From the IMG/VR virus record IMGVR_UViG_3300013947_000022, positions 1-64,000 of that record: a stretch of DNA of 64,000 bases; one strand, written 5' to 3'. Both the position numbers and the translations under genes were made by a program. Below, piece after piece: positions 45,801-59,071 of the stretch; the first letter of the stretch is position 1, and every line of letters begins with the position of its first letter. Origin of the DNA: a virus. Taxonomy: Duplodnaviria > Caudoviricetes. Under the pieces are notes generated by a model. The model worked only from the letters and a program-made list of their open reading frames with translations, searched no databases and was not told where the DNA came from.

Positions 45801-48800
45801 CTTCAGGTGAGTATTATGAAGCGCGTCAATAGATTCTTGAAAATCTTATTCAGGCTTTTGGTGGATATGCTGACTTGGACGACGATGAAAAGAAGATTCT
45901 TATTAAGCTTGGTTTTGAGATGGATGATGATGGTAATTGGTTTGATGCAACAGATATTCGCAAAAAGATTGAAGACGAGGGGCTTGGTGCGAAATTAAAT
46001 AATGTTAATCTTGATGCGTTTTCAAAAGATGATTTGGAAAGAGTTTATAAGATTCTTAACGGCTCTACTTTTGGAACAACCTTTAATACAGAACAACTTC
46101 AACAAGCGGTATTTGCAGATAAATATTCCGATGCGGGGCTTTCCAAGCTCGTTTCTCTTTATAAGAATTATGCTGATGAGGAAGATTTAACTCCCATCGA
46201 GCAAAAGAATAAAGAGTTTATTGAGGGTAAACTTGATGGTTGGGCTAAAGAACTTGGTGTTGTTAAAAACGATTATAAAGATATTAGTGATTATTATGAT
46301 GCGATAATCCATAAAGCTAAAATTTATGGCGATATTGATAGTGCTGGAATGTCTCAGGAAACCCCAGAAGAAGTTAAAGACCGTATGGACAAGTACGCTA
46401 AATATTATAAATTTATTCGAGATGAGTATTCTAAAACAGGAAAGTGGGATTTAGATACTTACAATGAAATGATTAAAGATAAAGATTTGCAAGGATATTT
46501 AGCAAACAATGATGTGAACGGTTTAAGTAAATTCTTAGAGGAGACCTTAAAAGACGCTCCTAATATTTATAAAAATGCCTATCAAGCAATTCTTTGGGAA
46601 AATGAAGACATTAACAAAGAAATGCAAGAAAAACACAAAGAAACCTACGAAGAATTTGAAGAAGATTATGGGTTTGACTTAACTAATTTTACCACTTTGA
46701 CGGCTGCAAAAGACGCGATTAATTCTTATACAAATGGTTTAATGACCAGTAATTACGAACAGTGGAAAAATGCGTTGGCTTCAATCTATCAAGAAGATTT
46801 GGCTCAATTTACTTCTGCGGCTATGCAAAAAGCGGCAATGAATAATCTAATAATGGATTCGTTGGAAATGTCTGATTCTGATAAGCGTATCTTTTTGAAC
46901 CAAACTTCTGCTGAGTGGAAAGCCGCAGGCGGCGAAGAAGGAACTGGCTTAACTTTGTCGGATTATAGAAATCAAGCGCTATTTAAGAAAGACCAAGAAG
47001 TAAAGACTGCGGCTTTTAAAGATGGTTTACAAGGATATGCTAATGCAATAGGAGAAGCGTTGCAAACTGTTGCCAATCTTATTCCACGGGGAGATGTTAA
47101 TTATGACACTCTTGATGATGGTACGTCTCAATTAGGTAAAGAAATAGAGCGTATTGAAGCTCTAATTGGTATGTACCAGAAAGAATATTATCTCCGTAAA
47201 TCTTTAATTGAGCAAGGTAATCTTACTGCTGAAGGACAAGATTCCTTCATGGGTCCTGAGTATTATGACCGTATGCGTAGTGCTTATGAAATGCAAGCGA
47301 ATTATTATAAACAACGTATTCCTTGGGATAAAGATATAAGCCAATGGTCTGCTGAACAAATGGGTTATTATCAGAAGTATCAGCAAGCAATGATAAATCT
47401 GAACAACCTCGATGATGAACAGGTGGAAGATAAAATCAACATTTTATAGCTTCAGGATGTCTCCTATGACCAGCTTATCGCGGCTCAGGAAGAGTTAATT
47501 AAAACTTCTGATACCTTGGAAGAACAGATTACTCGTGAGAATGAGCTTAATAATCTTATTAAACAACGCTATGAGCTTTATAGAGATATTGCAAGTTGGC
47601 AGAGAGAAATGTTGGATATTGCTCTCGAATATGAGAGTGGAAGTCCTGATACTGCCTTGTATGCTGACCTTGTTGGTCAAAAGAAACAGAATCTTGAAAA
47701 TGAGATGGAAGCTGTTAAGCAAAGAATGGCTGAAATCCAAGATTCTGACCGCAAGGATAAGCAAGAAGAGCTTAGGAATCTTGCCAAACAGTATGCAGAA
47801 CTTTATAAAGAATATGCTACTGTTGATATTGATGTTCTTAATGATAAACTCGATGTTCTTGAAAGAAGACTGGATTTGCTTGAAAAGAGCAAACCTCAAG
47901 AGTGGGCAAAATATGATGATATTGCACCTTATTATCAGCAGAATATCGGTTATCTTGAGCAAAAAGCCTCTTTAATTAGAGAGCAGCTTGAAGATGTTTC
48001 AATGCTTACTGATGAGCAAGTTCAAGATTTGGTAGACCAACTTAATGATGTGACTGTAGCTTTGCATGAAGCTCAAATGCAATTACTGGAAGACCAAAAG
48101 AATTATAAGGAAAGTCAATATGACGCTTTGGTGTCTAAGGTTCAGGAATATATTACTGAGCTTGAAGATGCTATGGATGAGATTGAAAAAGCTTATGAAG
48201 ATGAACTTAAGCCTTTGGAGCAAATTAACGAGGAATTAGAAAGACAGGCAAAACTCGAAGATTTGCTTGCTGCGAAGAAACGTGCGGCGTAGGAGAAGGA
48301 GAGAGTATATCGCGAGGGAATCGGATGGGTGAAATGTTTGCCCAAAATGGACTATATCGGTTAAAAACCAGAGATGGTTAAGACCGAAGTAAGACTTTTA
48401 TTTGTTTGAAAATAAAAAAGAAAGGAGGAGAAAATGGATTATCATTTAATTACTGATGAAGAAATTGCAGAAAAAGCTAAAAAATTAAATGTGGAAATTA
48501 TTAGGCGTTTTAGTCGAAATGGACATAGTTATGTTGAAACACATTGTTTAACTCATCCTAATAAACCCAATATAGAAGTAGAATTATATAATTTTTTAAA
48601 TCGAAATACTACTTGTGGTTGTCTGTTACAAAGGTACACAATAGAAGATTTAAAAAATAATCCTAAAGTGAGACAAGATTTAGAAATTATTGGAGAATAC
48701 AAAAATAATTCTACGCCAATAGAATGTTAGTGTAAAGTATGTAACTATAAATGGTTTGTTAGTCCTAACAAATTGACATAGGGTAGAGGATGTCCATTAT

Positions 48801-50555
48801 GCCATTCTAAGAAAATGTCTTCAGGAGAAAGATATATTAGTAAGATATTATAGGAAAACAAAATAGATTTTATATCTCAAAAAATATTTCCTGATTTAAA
48901 AGGGGGAAACAAAACTCGTTTACGTTTTGATTTTTTCTTACCTGATTTTAATTTATGTATTGAATTTTAGGGAATTTAGCATTATTAGCCTACAGTTTTT
49001 AGAATAAATAGAAAAAATAAAACGAAAGAAGAACTTTAGGAAGAAGCAAAGAAAAAATTCGAAAGAAGTTAGATAAATGACAAGAAAAAAGAAATATATT
49101 GTCAAGAAAAGGGTATAAATTTATTGGTTGTTCCTTATTATCAAAAAGAAGACATTGAACAAATAATTTTAAATAAAATCAATCAAATAAAAGAAACTCT
49201 AACGACTGCGGGATGTTAATGGTAACATTAACATTGAAGTCCATTCTATTGAAAAATAGTAATATACAGTCTGAACTCACACTATAATCTAAAGATGAAA
49301 TGTGAGAAGCAGGATGAAAGTCCTGCTCGCCTTTATTAATATTTTAATAAAGGTCATAAAAGCAACAGAATGATACGAATCCCCTCGTTCTAAACAACGC
49401 GAGGCACAAAAAGACCTTGATACATTCAATCGCCAAGACCGCATTGACGACCTTACAGGCACGAAAGATGCAGAAAAAGAAGCTCTTCAAGAGAGAATAG
49501 ATAATCTTAATCTATACCTTAAAGCGCTTGAGTGGAGCTGGAATGAAGCTGAACGCATAGAGCGTGATAGACTTCTTGCCGAAATGATGAACATTGACGA
49601 ATCTCTCTCTAACGAAGAGATTCAAAAAGAGATGCGTCAACGTATCATGGATGATATGCAAAACTTTATTGAAGTCCAAAATAATGATTATCAGAATTAT
49701 CTTGGTATCTTCTCTAATTTCATTAATTCTTATACGCAATTAGTTCTTCAACTTGCAGAGCTTCAACGTCAAGCGCTTTCATTGATTGATTCCAGTCAAT
49801 ATTTAGGCTCGAATGCTGGTGGTTCATTCTCCATCACTGGTGCAACAGGTGGTGGCGGTTTTGGTAATGCACTTGACCGACTTGATAGTGGAGTGGATTA
49901 TTCTCGTGATTTCCAAGCTGAGATTAATGCCGCTCTTAAAGACCCACGGAATTATGGTCCTGATGGACAATTAAGTGCCAACGGCAGGGCTCATTTAGCG
50001 AAACTTGAAAAGTATCGCAACGAGAAAATCGACTTGGGGCTTGGTGGCAATTATGAAAAGACTTATAACTACACTTCAACACGAGACGGAAGCTCTTCTG
50101 GTGGCGGGGGCAATAAGACTTCTTCCAATAGTCCTTATAACTCCAAAACAGATTATAATAACGAGTCTAAATACCTTGATAATCTTATCAAAAATGGCTC
50201 TGCTGGTCAAAAAGCTTGGGCTCAAAATTAGAAGAAGGAACTCGACAAGGCTCAAAAAGGATATGCCGATGGTATTGAAAATGGTCCTGTCACCTACACA
50301 GGTTTATCAATGCTTCATGGTACACCTTCTGAGCCTGAATACGTTCTCAATTCTGACCAAGCATATAATCTCCTGCGCAATTTGGCAACGACCAGAATGC
50401 CTGAGTACACTTCTACTTTGACTCAAGACATGGGTGTTTCCTATGTTATTCAAGGTGATGTGGTGCTTGAGAATTGTGACGACCCAGCACAATTCTGGAA
50501 TCAAGTAATGGCAGCAACACATAATCGTTACAACGTGACGAAGAATAAGCGTTAA
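33887..50555 (+). CDS. giant tape measure polyprotein (~4,738 aa), 3 exons: 33887-41977, 43388-48330, 49373-50555; N-terminal exonuclease, RNAP-like and nuclease domains
   Basis: All track fragments in each exon share a frame and are broken only by TAG; TP901-type TMP core (WLRAGY, VVDKLVAVD, VGESFKT), GIGWV|YE junction, C-terminal YADG...LHGTPSEPEYVLN. Confidence 0.85.
41978..43387 (+). mobile_element. group I intron in tape measure gene, with endonuclease ORF
   Basis: P1 CAGGT/GCCTG with U-G, P7 GACCA/TGGTC, terminal G; restores AQLAG|SSLDNYI. Confidence 0.85.
42137..43195 (+). CDS. intron-encoded Zn-ribbon/KYG-repeat Vsr-like endonuclease
   Basis: CDYC..CC..C, KYG repeats, YFLD..YFEYNGSGH; same architecture as 22073-23143. 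Confidence 0.78.
48331..49372 (+). mobile_element. second group I intron in tape measure gene
   Basis: P1 TGGGT/GCCCA, P7 GACTG/CAGTC, terminal G; restores GIGWV|YESP. Confidence 0.85.
48434..49219 (+). CDS. intron-encoded Zn-ribbon + DUF559/Vsr-like endonuclease (8 TAG)
   Basis: GRGCPLC, SSGE, LRFDFFLP, CIEF(Q)GI(Q)HY. Confidence 0.82.
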
Positions 50556-50629
50556 TAAGTATAAAATGAACAGGTAAATAAAAAAATACTTTTATTTACC
50601 AAAATTGGACAGCAAAACCTAAAAAATAC

Positions 50630-50668
50630 AGGAAGAGGTTGAGGATTCAACTCGCCTCTTCCTCTTCC
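50630..50668 (+). terminator. hairpin after tape measure gene
   Basis: AGGAAGAGG...CCTCTTCCT. Confidence 0.55.
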
Positions 50669-50697
50669 TATTAATTTTTGTAAAGGAGTTGATTAAT

Positions 50698-53600
50698 ATT
50701 TTATATAAGTCGAGCAATTTGCAACCGAACCTGAGTGAGATAGATGTCACAGAAAATAATATTCTATCAGCTTAGGTTAATACTACAGGTACAACCGTAA
50801 AAGCTTGTCGTGTAAAAATAATTACAGGCGACGGAAATGATGTGCTTTATGATTCAGATAATGGTTATTCAGCATCAAATCTTCCTCCGAACTTAAAAAG
50901 ACCTGTGGTAAATAAAGGCACAGTTGAATATGAATTAACAAGTGAGATTTGTGCAGCAAATAATATTGTTAATGGTAAAGATTATCAATGGAATATTAGA
51001 ACATATGAGGCAAAACGTGGTTCTACTGCATAGCCTCAAACAATGGTTTGCCAAGGATTTTTAGTGGGTTCTACCAAATCTGTAATTTGGACTTCATACA
51101 CGGAAAATTCTGAATTAAATAATGCTTTAATTTATGATAAATATATCGAAATTAAAGGGTATGATTCATCTGGCAATAGTAATTTTATGCCGCTTCCAGA
51201 CCCGAATACAGAGAATCTTGTAATTCCAACTGATAAATCTTTTAAAGAAAGAAAGAAAATTTATTGGGTTGAGAATGAACTTGGATGGAATAAAAATTAT
51301 ACCAAGATTGAATTTGATGACCTGTTCACATATAGCTATAAAGATGGTACGTCTTTTGATATTTACCAATGTGACGACCAACATACTTTAACCTCTTTTT
51401 ATGTTAATCCAAATGACGACCTTGAAAGAGCGAGATGGGTTGAAATTTATAAATCTGATGGTAAATCAATCAATGGTGATACCGCAGTAAAATATAAAAT
51501 TATTGGCTACGGCGAGGAGACGGGTGAAATTAGACTTCAAGAAGCTCTTCCAGAAGTTCCTCAAAATGGATGGACTTATAAACTTTTCGAGAAAGATTCG
51601 GTGAATGATACTTATGAAGAAATTACTGTGGATTCTCCTAACAATATTTTGGGTGGTAGCCCTCTTGCAAGTGGCAAATTAATTTCCAACCGCAATGCTT
51701 CTGAAGGCGTGACGGCTCAATATTTTATTCAACCTAATATTAATATTGGGTCGGATAAATATAATCCCGCTGAAATTGTTTTTGATAAAACAGGAGCAAG
51801 AATTGACCTTTATGAAAAGACTTCTGATACTGTTGTGCCACGGAAAACAACTGATATTACTTTTGATAAGCTTGATAATACTTAGTGGTTAATTGAGGTA
51901 AAAGACGGTATTGTGGAACAAGGTACAATTCCTATTGCTCCTAAAACACCATATACGGCATATACAGATTTTATGGATTCTATGCCAAACGCGATTTTTT
52001 ATGCAAGAACTAAGCCTGAATTAACTATTTACTATAATAACTTAAACGCCACAACTGAAAATGTTTTATATATTACTCCAAATGAGTTAATAGACACTTT
52101 GTTAAAACGGCATAAATATGTTTATATTGAACTATTTGATGCAGATGGTAATGGTGTTACTCCTAAAAACAAAATAGTTTCTTATGATAATGCTATCGGC
52201 TACGTTAGGTGCTCAGATGTTTTTGATTTGTTTTATGAAGATGAGGTTGAATTTTACACTTATAAAATTTATACCTATGATTCTGAAAATAATACTTATA
52301 TAGAGCAAACTGCAATAGAAAATCCAAAGGCGTCGAATTATGCTTCTACTACGGCTGGGACACAACCTTGGAGAGATGTTCATTTTAAAACGGATTGGAA
52401 TTCTGCGGAAAATGTATAGATAAAATATTATAAATACACTTTATATGATTCTTTAGGAAACGCTGTAGCGTAGAGTGAGGATATTTATGATAGTTTATTA
52501 GAATGGTCTTTCAGAGGTCTTCAAACATCAGATGATATAGAATTGCCTAATAAATATACTATTCAAATTGATGTAACTGACCAATATGGAGACGAATTTA
52601 CTTAGACCGCAGATTTTAATATTTGGTATCAAATTGACCAAAATGTAACTCCTCTTGCGACCTCTTTTGATTGTAAGGAAGGAGCTATTTCGTTATATGC
52701 CAACGCTCCTGTTTATACTGCTCCTGTAGAAAGAGATGAGAAGAAAGCTGTTGACGAAAGTAACATTTATATTTTTGGTGATGACCTGCCTTCTAAAGCA
52801 ATTTTAAAAATAGGTGATGGAGAATGTCTGTGTTATGATAGATTAGTAAGTAACGGAAATCCATTAATATTCCCTCCAAGTTTTGTTTTCCTGACGAGAT
52901 TGCAGTTGACTCCAAGATTTAACGAACTAACTCCAACTCCACGGAATCAACTGGTATTTAAAATTGCTCATACTGCTCAATATGGTCAAGAGGCTATAGG
53001 AGACGTTCCTGCGACAGAAGAAATTATTGACACTTACTATTTAAAGTGTGGTAGTACAGAATCTTTTTATATGAATGAATCTGGTACTTTGGTGAATAAC
53101 CCTGACCAATATTTGATTAAAGTTTATAAAAATGATGAAACTGAGCCTTTAATGTGTTTTAAAAATGGCACAGCAAATTCATTTAACATTCAAACCGAAG
53201 ATAAACGCTTTGATGGCAATACAGGTTATTTCTTTAGCCCAACTGCAATTAAAAATGCTTTGCAAGCTCAAACCAGCGTAAAAATTGTTTCCGCTTTACC
53301 TACGACTATTACTCCTGAAACCACAAGCGTTAAGTATTTATTAACAGCTTCATCTGGTAAATATTTAAGTGGCGGTATTTATAAATATAACAGTTTAACT
53401 GAGTCTTGGGATTTGCAAGCAGAAGATTATTATTTCCTTGAAAATGTCTCTCAGGTTGAGGGGGCGACTTATGAGAGCTTGGGTGTTCCAACAGTAGCTC
53501 AAGGAACCAATGGAGAAATTCTTTGGTATGATGAAAATCAAGCGCAAGAAGATGGTTTGGTTTATATTGATTCTCGCTTGGTAAGTGAACTGAATACAAA

Positions 53601-53721
53601 AGCTTTTAACGACCGTTGGTTTTTAATTGTTTTAAAAGTTGTTCGTAAAAATAATGTGAGCAATGTAAGTTGTGATATTAAGATTGAGACCAGAAAGGAG
53701 GTTGTCTCTCATGGCGAATGA
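50698..53721 (+). CDS. large baseplate/tail protein (~1,000 aa, multiple TAG)
   Basis: Four track fragments in one frame; beta-rich; start uncertain (ATT 50698 after AAGGAG). Confidence 0.7.
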
Positions 53722-54820
53722 GACTGAATATAAAAATTATTTGTTTTTTAATAGCAACATAAACGTGGACGTTCTTCGTCTTGACCGAGATACTTCTATT
53801 AGTCTTGATGGGGTAAACAAGGATGGTAAGGATATTTATGCTCTAACACAAGAAAAAAGTATTACAGCAGATACGATTCTATTTAATACTTTTGTATCCA
53901 ATGGTGAATATCAAATTGACGCTCAATATTTTGACCCCGAATCTGAGGAATCTGGTGCTACTTTCTATATTTACAGAAAGACTCCTTATCAAAAATATTA
54001 TGATTATATTTGTTCTCTTGAAAATGGAGCAACAACTTTAAGAGACTATAATGTAGCGAATAATGAATATTATCATTATTTAGCGGCTACAGAGGTTAAA
54101 ACAAGTTCTGGTATCAAATATAAGATTTATCAAAATGAAGAAGAGACCCCCGACAATCCAAAATATGTTCAAGATAGTGAAGGGCTGTATTATCTTCCTG
54201 TTAAATGGGATAATTGGCAAATTTGCGACATTGAAGAAACGGACGAAGAGAATACTTTTATTAAAACTGGTAACACTTGGAATTTGGGACTAAATATGGA
54301 GGATTCGTCTGTAACTCAAAATATAAGTGTTTCGATGTGGGAAACTCTTGGAAGGTTTGATAAATATTCTGTCGGGCAACGCAACTACGACAGTTCCGCA
54401 ATAACTTGTTTACTTGGAGATATGCAAGAAATTCTTCATGTAGAAGGCAGCGGAAATACTATTATTAGTAAGTATGAATATACTGAAGATGCTTATGCGG
54501 TGTCTAAATGTGATTATGAAAGCGAACTTTCGAAAGCTTCTTTGCAAAGTCAAAGTAGATTAAAAGCCGTAACACGCAAAAATCTTATTGACAATAAATA
54601 TCAAAGGTAGTATACTAAGACTGAGGCTTGGAAAGAATTTTGTAGCAATGGAAAATTAAAATTGTTAAAAGACATAAAAGGTAATAAATGGATTTGTCAG
54701 ATTCAAGCCGCTCCTACGAGAACTGTTAATGGAGCCAGTAATTATTTATTAACCACTATTACCTTTGAATGGAGAGAGGCATTAGATGCTTCTACATCAG
54801 TAGTAGTACAAATAGAATAA
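53711..54820 (+). CDS. distal tail (Dit-like)/baseplate protein
   Basis: GQRNY...KLLKDIKGNKW...ITFEWRE pattern; one TAG. Confidence 0.65.
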
Positions 54821-54844
54821 CAAAGAAAGGGGAGTGCCTAATAA

Positions 54845-56059
54845 ATGAAATTGTTTGGAGATGTTTTATTCTCAAATAGCGAAGATGAAGACATTCCCTT
54901 TTCTAAATTAAAACGACTTTTAGAGATGCCTTATCTAAAACCAAGATACAGGCTGAGTGTATTAACTCAGGATGAGCAAGTAGCATATATTATTCCAGAG
55001 GAAGATATTATTGCTGGTAGTATTAACTATACAGAATCATATCAAAGCGGACAAAGAAGAAACATCTCCTTAGAGTTAGTAAACGCTTCAGGAAAATATA
55101 CTCCGAACGTAAACGGTTTATGGGTAAATAGTCGTTTTAGTTTTGAAATTGGAATTGAATATGCTGGAAGAATAATCTGGTTCCCTAAAGGAATTTATAT
55201 TATGGGGAATTTAGATTTAACCAGAAGTAATTCTGAAAAAACAGTTTCTTTACAGCTTCTTGATAAATATGCCATTTTTGAGGGAAAGACTGGTACCCTT
55301 GAAGTCGCTTACGAAGTGGAGCTTGGAAGTGATATTCGAGATGCTATAAGAGGAATTTTAAATTTTTCTCTTGAAAATGGATATATTTTAGATTATAAAG
55401 ATGTTATTTTTGACCCCTCTTTGGTGGGAATGGTAACACAACAAACAATTAGAGCCGAGCAGGGTGAAAACTATGGAAGTGTCATCGATGCTTTAGCAAC
55501 ACAACTGTCAGCAGAATATTATTACAATAGCGTAGGAAATCTTTGTTTTTATCCAATTAACGAGACGGTTGATGATAGTGTAAAACCAATTATTTGGACT
55601 TATCCTTCCTTGGGTAGAGACTTACATAATATGAGTTTGTCTTACCAAAATGAAGATATTGTTAATTGCGTTAAAGTTGTTGGAGATAATGTTGACGATG
55701 GTATTTATAGTGCTGTTGTTACAAATGAAAATCCCAGTTCTCCTATTTGTATACAACAGGTAGGAAGACGTACTGCACCTCCTTATAGCGAAGCTAACGT
55801 ATGGAGTGATGATTTGGCGCATGACTTAGCTATGTATTATTTAAGAAAATCAAGCTTTGTGGCAGTACAATTTTCGTGCAGTGTAAGTTTTAATCCTGTT
55901 TTAAGCGTTAATAATATTTGCGAAATTGAAGATGAATATTTAAATTTAAAAAGAAATAAACTGCTTATTACTTCGATTTCTTTTACTTCAGAAAGTGGAC
56001 AAATGAGCGTGTCTTTTTGTAATACGGAAGACCTTCCAAGTAACACCAAGAGAACTTAA
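54845..56059 (+). CDS. baseplate hub (Tal-like) protein
   Basis: FPKGIY, LLDKYA, YYNSVGNL, NCVKVVG; position after Dit-like gene. Confidence 0.65.
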   Translation: MKLFGDVLFSNSEDEDIPFSKLKRLLEMPYLKPRYRLSVLTQDEQVAYIIPEEDIIAGSINYTESYQSGQRRNISLELVNASGKYTPNVNGLWVNSRFSFEIGIEYAGRIIWFPKGIYIMGNLDLTRSNSEKTVSLQLLDKYAIFEGKTGTLEVAYEVELGSDIRDAIRGILNFSLENGYILDYKDVIFDPSLVGMVTQQTIRAEQGENYGSVIDALATQLSAEYYYNSVGNLCFYPINETVDDSVKPIIWTYPSLGRDLHNMSLSYQNEDIVNCVKVVGDNVDDGIYSAVVTNENPSSPICIQQVGRRTAPPYSEANVWSDDLAHDLAMYYLRKSSFVAVQFSCSVSFNPVLSVNNICEIEDEYLNLKRNKLLITSISFTSESGQMSVSFCNTEDLPSNTKRT

Positions 56060-56073
56060 GAAAGGAGTGAGCT

Positions 56074-57531
56074 ATGAGTAATAGACGTAAAAATCAAAAT
56101 AATTAGTCTGATTATACGATGGATAATTTAGCTGACTCCTTGTTAAATCGCATAATGGCGTGTGTGGATTAGAAAGTTGGGACAACAGATGTTTCAAAAG
56201 GAGCTATCGTTACCAGAGTAAATGAAGATGGAACTGTAAATGTTAGACTTCCAGCAGATGAATCGGGGCAAGAGTTTACTCATATTTCTAATCAAAGCGT
56301 ATATGAACTTTATGAAGGTGATTCCGTTGAACTTTATTTAAAAGGTGGACGCTATTCTAATTGTTGGGTTATAGCTAAACATGGAATGGGCGGAAAAAGA
56401 GTGGCTTTAGAAAGTCAAAAAGGTAATACTGTAGTAGTAAGTGGAGGAAGCTCTACTGGCGGAGGGTCTGGCACTATACCGCAAAGTGTATTATAGCATT
56501 TAGTCAATTACAATAACCCTCATAAAGTTACAAAAGAATAGCTTGGATTAAGCAAGGTGGTAACTTCTATTAATGGTGAAAGTGGAGATGTTAATATTCC
56601 CACTGTCATTAATGACGCCAAATTAACTATTTAGAAAAATGGAACAGAGGTTGGTAACTTTACGGCAAATAGCGCTGAAGACAAAACGGTTAATATTATT
56701 GTTCCGACTAAAATTAGTGAACTTGAGGACGACTCCAGCTTTGCTAAGACAAGCGAACTACCCACAAAAACAAGTCAATTAACAAATGACAGCGGGTATA
56801 TTACTTCTGCGGATATTCCTAATATTCCTGTTACAACTGTTAATGGAAAAACTGGTGCGGTTCAATTAACAGCAACAGATGTTGGAGCTTTACCCGATAC
56901 TACTATAATACCAGATAAAACAAGTTAGCTTACAAACGATAGTAATTATATAACATCGGCAGAAGCCCCTGTTTAGTCTGTTAATGGAAAAACTAATACT
57001 GTGGTATTAGTTGCGTCAGATGTGGGCGCTATATCGGCAGACGATATATCTCAAACATTGGGTAATTCAAACACAAAAGTTCCAAGCGAAAAAGCCGTTG
57101 TGGATGCAATGTCGGCTGCTGGCTATGGCGATATGCTTAAAGCAAAATATGCTAATAATAATACTGATGATACAGTTGATAAAGCATTTTCTGATGCAAA
57201 TGGCAAGAATATTGCTGACACATATGTTCCTAAAGATGGGGGAACGTTAAATAATATAGACGCAAATACTTTAACTACTACAGGAAATTATTTAATTGGG
57301 GAGGGTTGTACCAATTTCCCTGATGGTAGTCAGGGTAGTGTGGTTTAGGTTGTTGGAGCGGGAGGTTCTGCTTATCAAACAACTGTAATATATGCAACAA
57401 ATACATATGCTCACAGGGCATATGACGGAACCACTTGGACTACATGGAAAGATGCAAATGGCGCAGTTGTATCTGCAACACAGCCTCAGTATCAAAATAT
57501 TGGTAGTCTATGGTTTAAAGAAATTACCTGA
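56074..57531 (+). CDS. tail spike/fibre protein (TAG=Gln)
   Basis: N-terminal OB-like spike segment, NPHKVTKE(Q)LGL, repeated SVNGKT and KTS(Q)LTNDS units, pyocin-knob-like C-terminus. Confidence 0.8.
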
Positions 57532-57659
57532 TTTCATTCGTTGGGTAATAAACAATAAAAACAATTTAGCAATTCCTTATTTCGAAAATATTCATTTTAG
57601 AGGTAAAACCTTTAAATTTAACAAGACAAAAATAATTTTAAAAAACGTAAAAATTTTTC

Positions 57660-57688
57660 TTGACAAACTGCGAAAGGTGTGTTATACT
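57660..57688 (+). promoter_or_regulatory. sigma70/SigA promoter of replication operon
   Basis: TTGACA-17 nt-TATACT; upstream AAAATTTTTC shared with the 24374 promoter. Confidence 0.8.
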
Positions 57689-57785
57689 TCAATCACAGTG
57701 AGAGATGAATCGAGATTTTAGTATAATACACCTTTTTTCACCGCTCACATTTTCCCAGCAAATATAGACGAAAGGGGTAGACAAT

Positions 57786-57947
57786 ATGGTAACTAATCTT
57801 ATTTGCGATGCTTGCAAGTTCCAGCCTAAGTGTGTTGGTTATAACAAGCTCAAGCCTTTTACAGATGAAGCTCGAACCGACCTTGGTATTGAGCTTGAGA
57901 TGCAGAAGTGCAATGATTATGTAGAGCTTGACGATGATGTCGAGTAA
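57786..57947 (+). CDS. small Cys-rich protein (53 aa)
   Basis: CDAC..C..C; RBS AGGGG. Confidence 0.6.
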   Translation: MVTNLICDACKFQPKCVGYNKLKPFTDEARTDLGIELEMQKCNDYVELDDDVE

Positions 57948-58081
57948 AACAAACAATTGTAGTGAAATTAGCTTGGGCTAATGGATAGCATACCTAACGC
58001 AAATAAAAGTAGACAAATAAAAATTGACTTTTATTTAGACTAAAACAAAAAATTTTTTAACATTTAAGGAGTAATTTTTTA

Positions 58082-59047
58082 ATGAGTAACAATAATTCTG
58101 ACCAGATTCGTAGACTTTAGAACGTTGTAATCCTTGAGGGTGCTCTTGCCGAGCTTGAGACTCCTCGTACTGGCGTTGGTAGTGATGGTGTTAATTACAT
58201 CTCTCTTCGTGGTGCTATTCAGTGTGGAGACTCTGCTGTTTATACTCGTTCTTTCCGCTCTTTTATTAAAGAAAAGAAGCAGAATGGTGAGGATAGCAAG
58301 GTTTATAAGGATGTAACTGAGTGGCTTAAGACTGCTACTCCTATGACCAAGGACGCTGAGAATCCCACTATGGTACGTCTACAGGGTAGCCTTTCTGATA
58401 ACGTTTACGTTAATCGTGAGGGTGTTCTTGTTGAGGGTACTGAGGTTTCTATCCAGTTCTTTAATAAGTTTGAGTCTTATAATGCTTCCCTACAGCTTGA
58501 GGGTTATATCAAGGATATTAAGCCTGAAGTTCGCGGTAAGGATGATGATGCTCACGAGACTGGTCGTTATAAGATGCACTTTATCACTCGTGACTTCTAT
58601 GGTAATACTCTTGACTTAAAGAACATTATCATTCCTGCTGAGACTTATGAGGAAATTCAGTCTATCGGTTATGATGAGGGTGCTACTGTTTCTATTAACA
58701 TCGACTGGATGCCTTCTCAGGCTGAGGAAGCCCCTAAGAAGAAGTCTGGTGGTTTTGGTAAGCAGATTGACCTTGGTTCTACCAATGGTAATTCTTATCT
58801 TGAGATGATTCTTGTTGGTGGCTCTGACCCCTATGACGAGGATTCTAAGGATGCTCTTAGTGCCAAGATTGTCCGTTCTATGATGGCAGAGCGTAATGCT
58901 CATATCAAGGAAGTCGAAAGCAAGGGTTATATGGGCAATAGTAACAAGGGTACGTCTGGTTCTTCTACAAAGTCTGGTGGCTTTGGTAAGGCTAAGACTG
59001 GTTCTTTTACTGCTGTTGAAGACGACGATAACGAAATTCCGTTTTAA
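58082..59047 (+). CDS. ssb: single-stranded DNA-binding protein (TAG at codon 13)
   Basis: Two OB-like halves (NVVILEG / LQLEG), Gly-rich linker, acidic DDDNEIPF tail. Confidence 0.75.
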
Positions 59048-59071
59048 GTCGTAAGAAAGGAGTAAAAGAAT

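Noticed and set aside
33887-50555. Fragmented ORFs read as pseudogenes or sequencing errors
   Set aside because: Breaks are always TAG and always in frame; explained by recoding plus introns
51968-51984. 16/17 match to the putative TnpB guide (ATTTTATGGATTxTATG)
   Set aside because: AT-rich and plausibly chance; no evident TAM; self-targeting not supported
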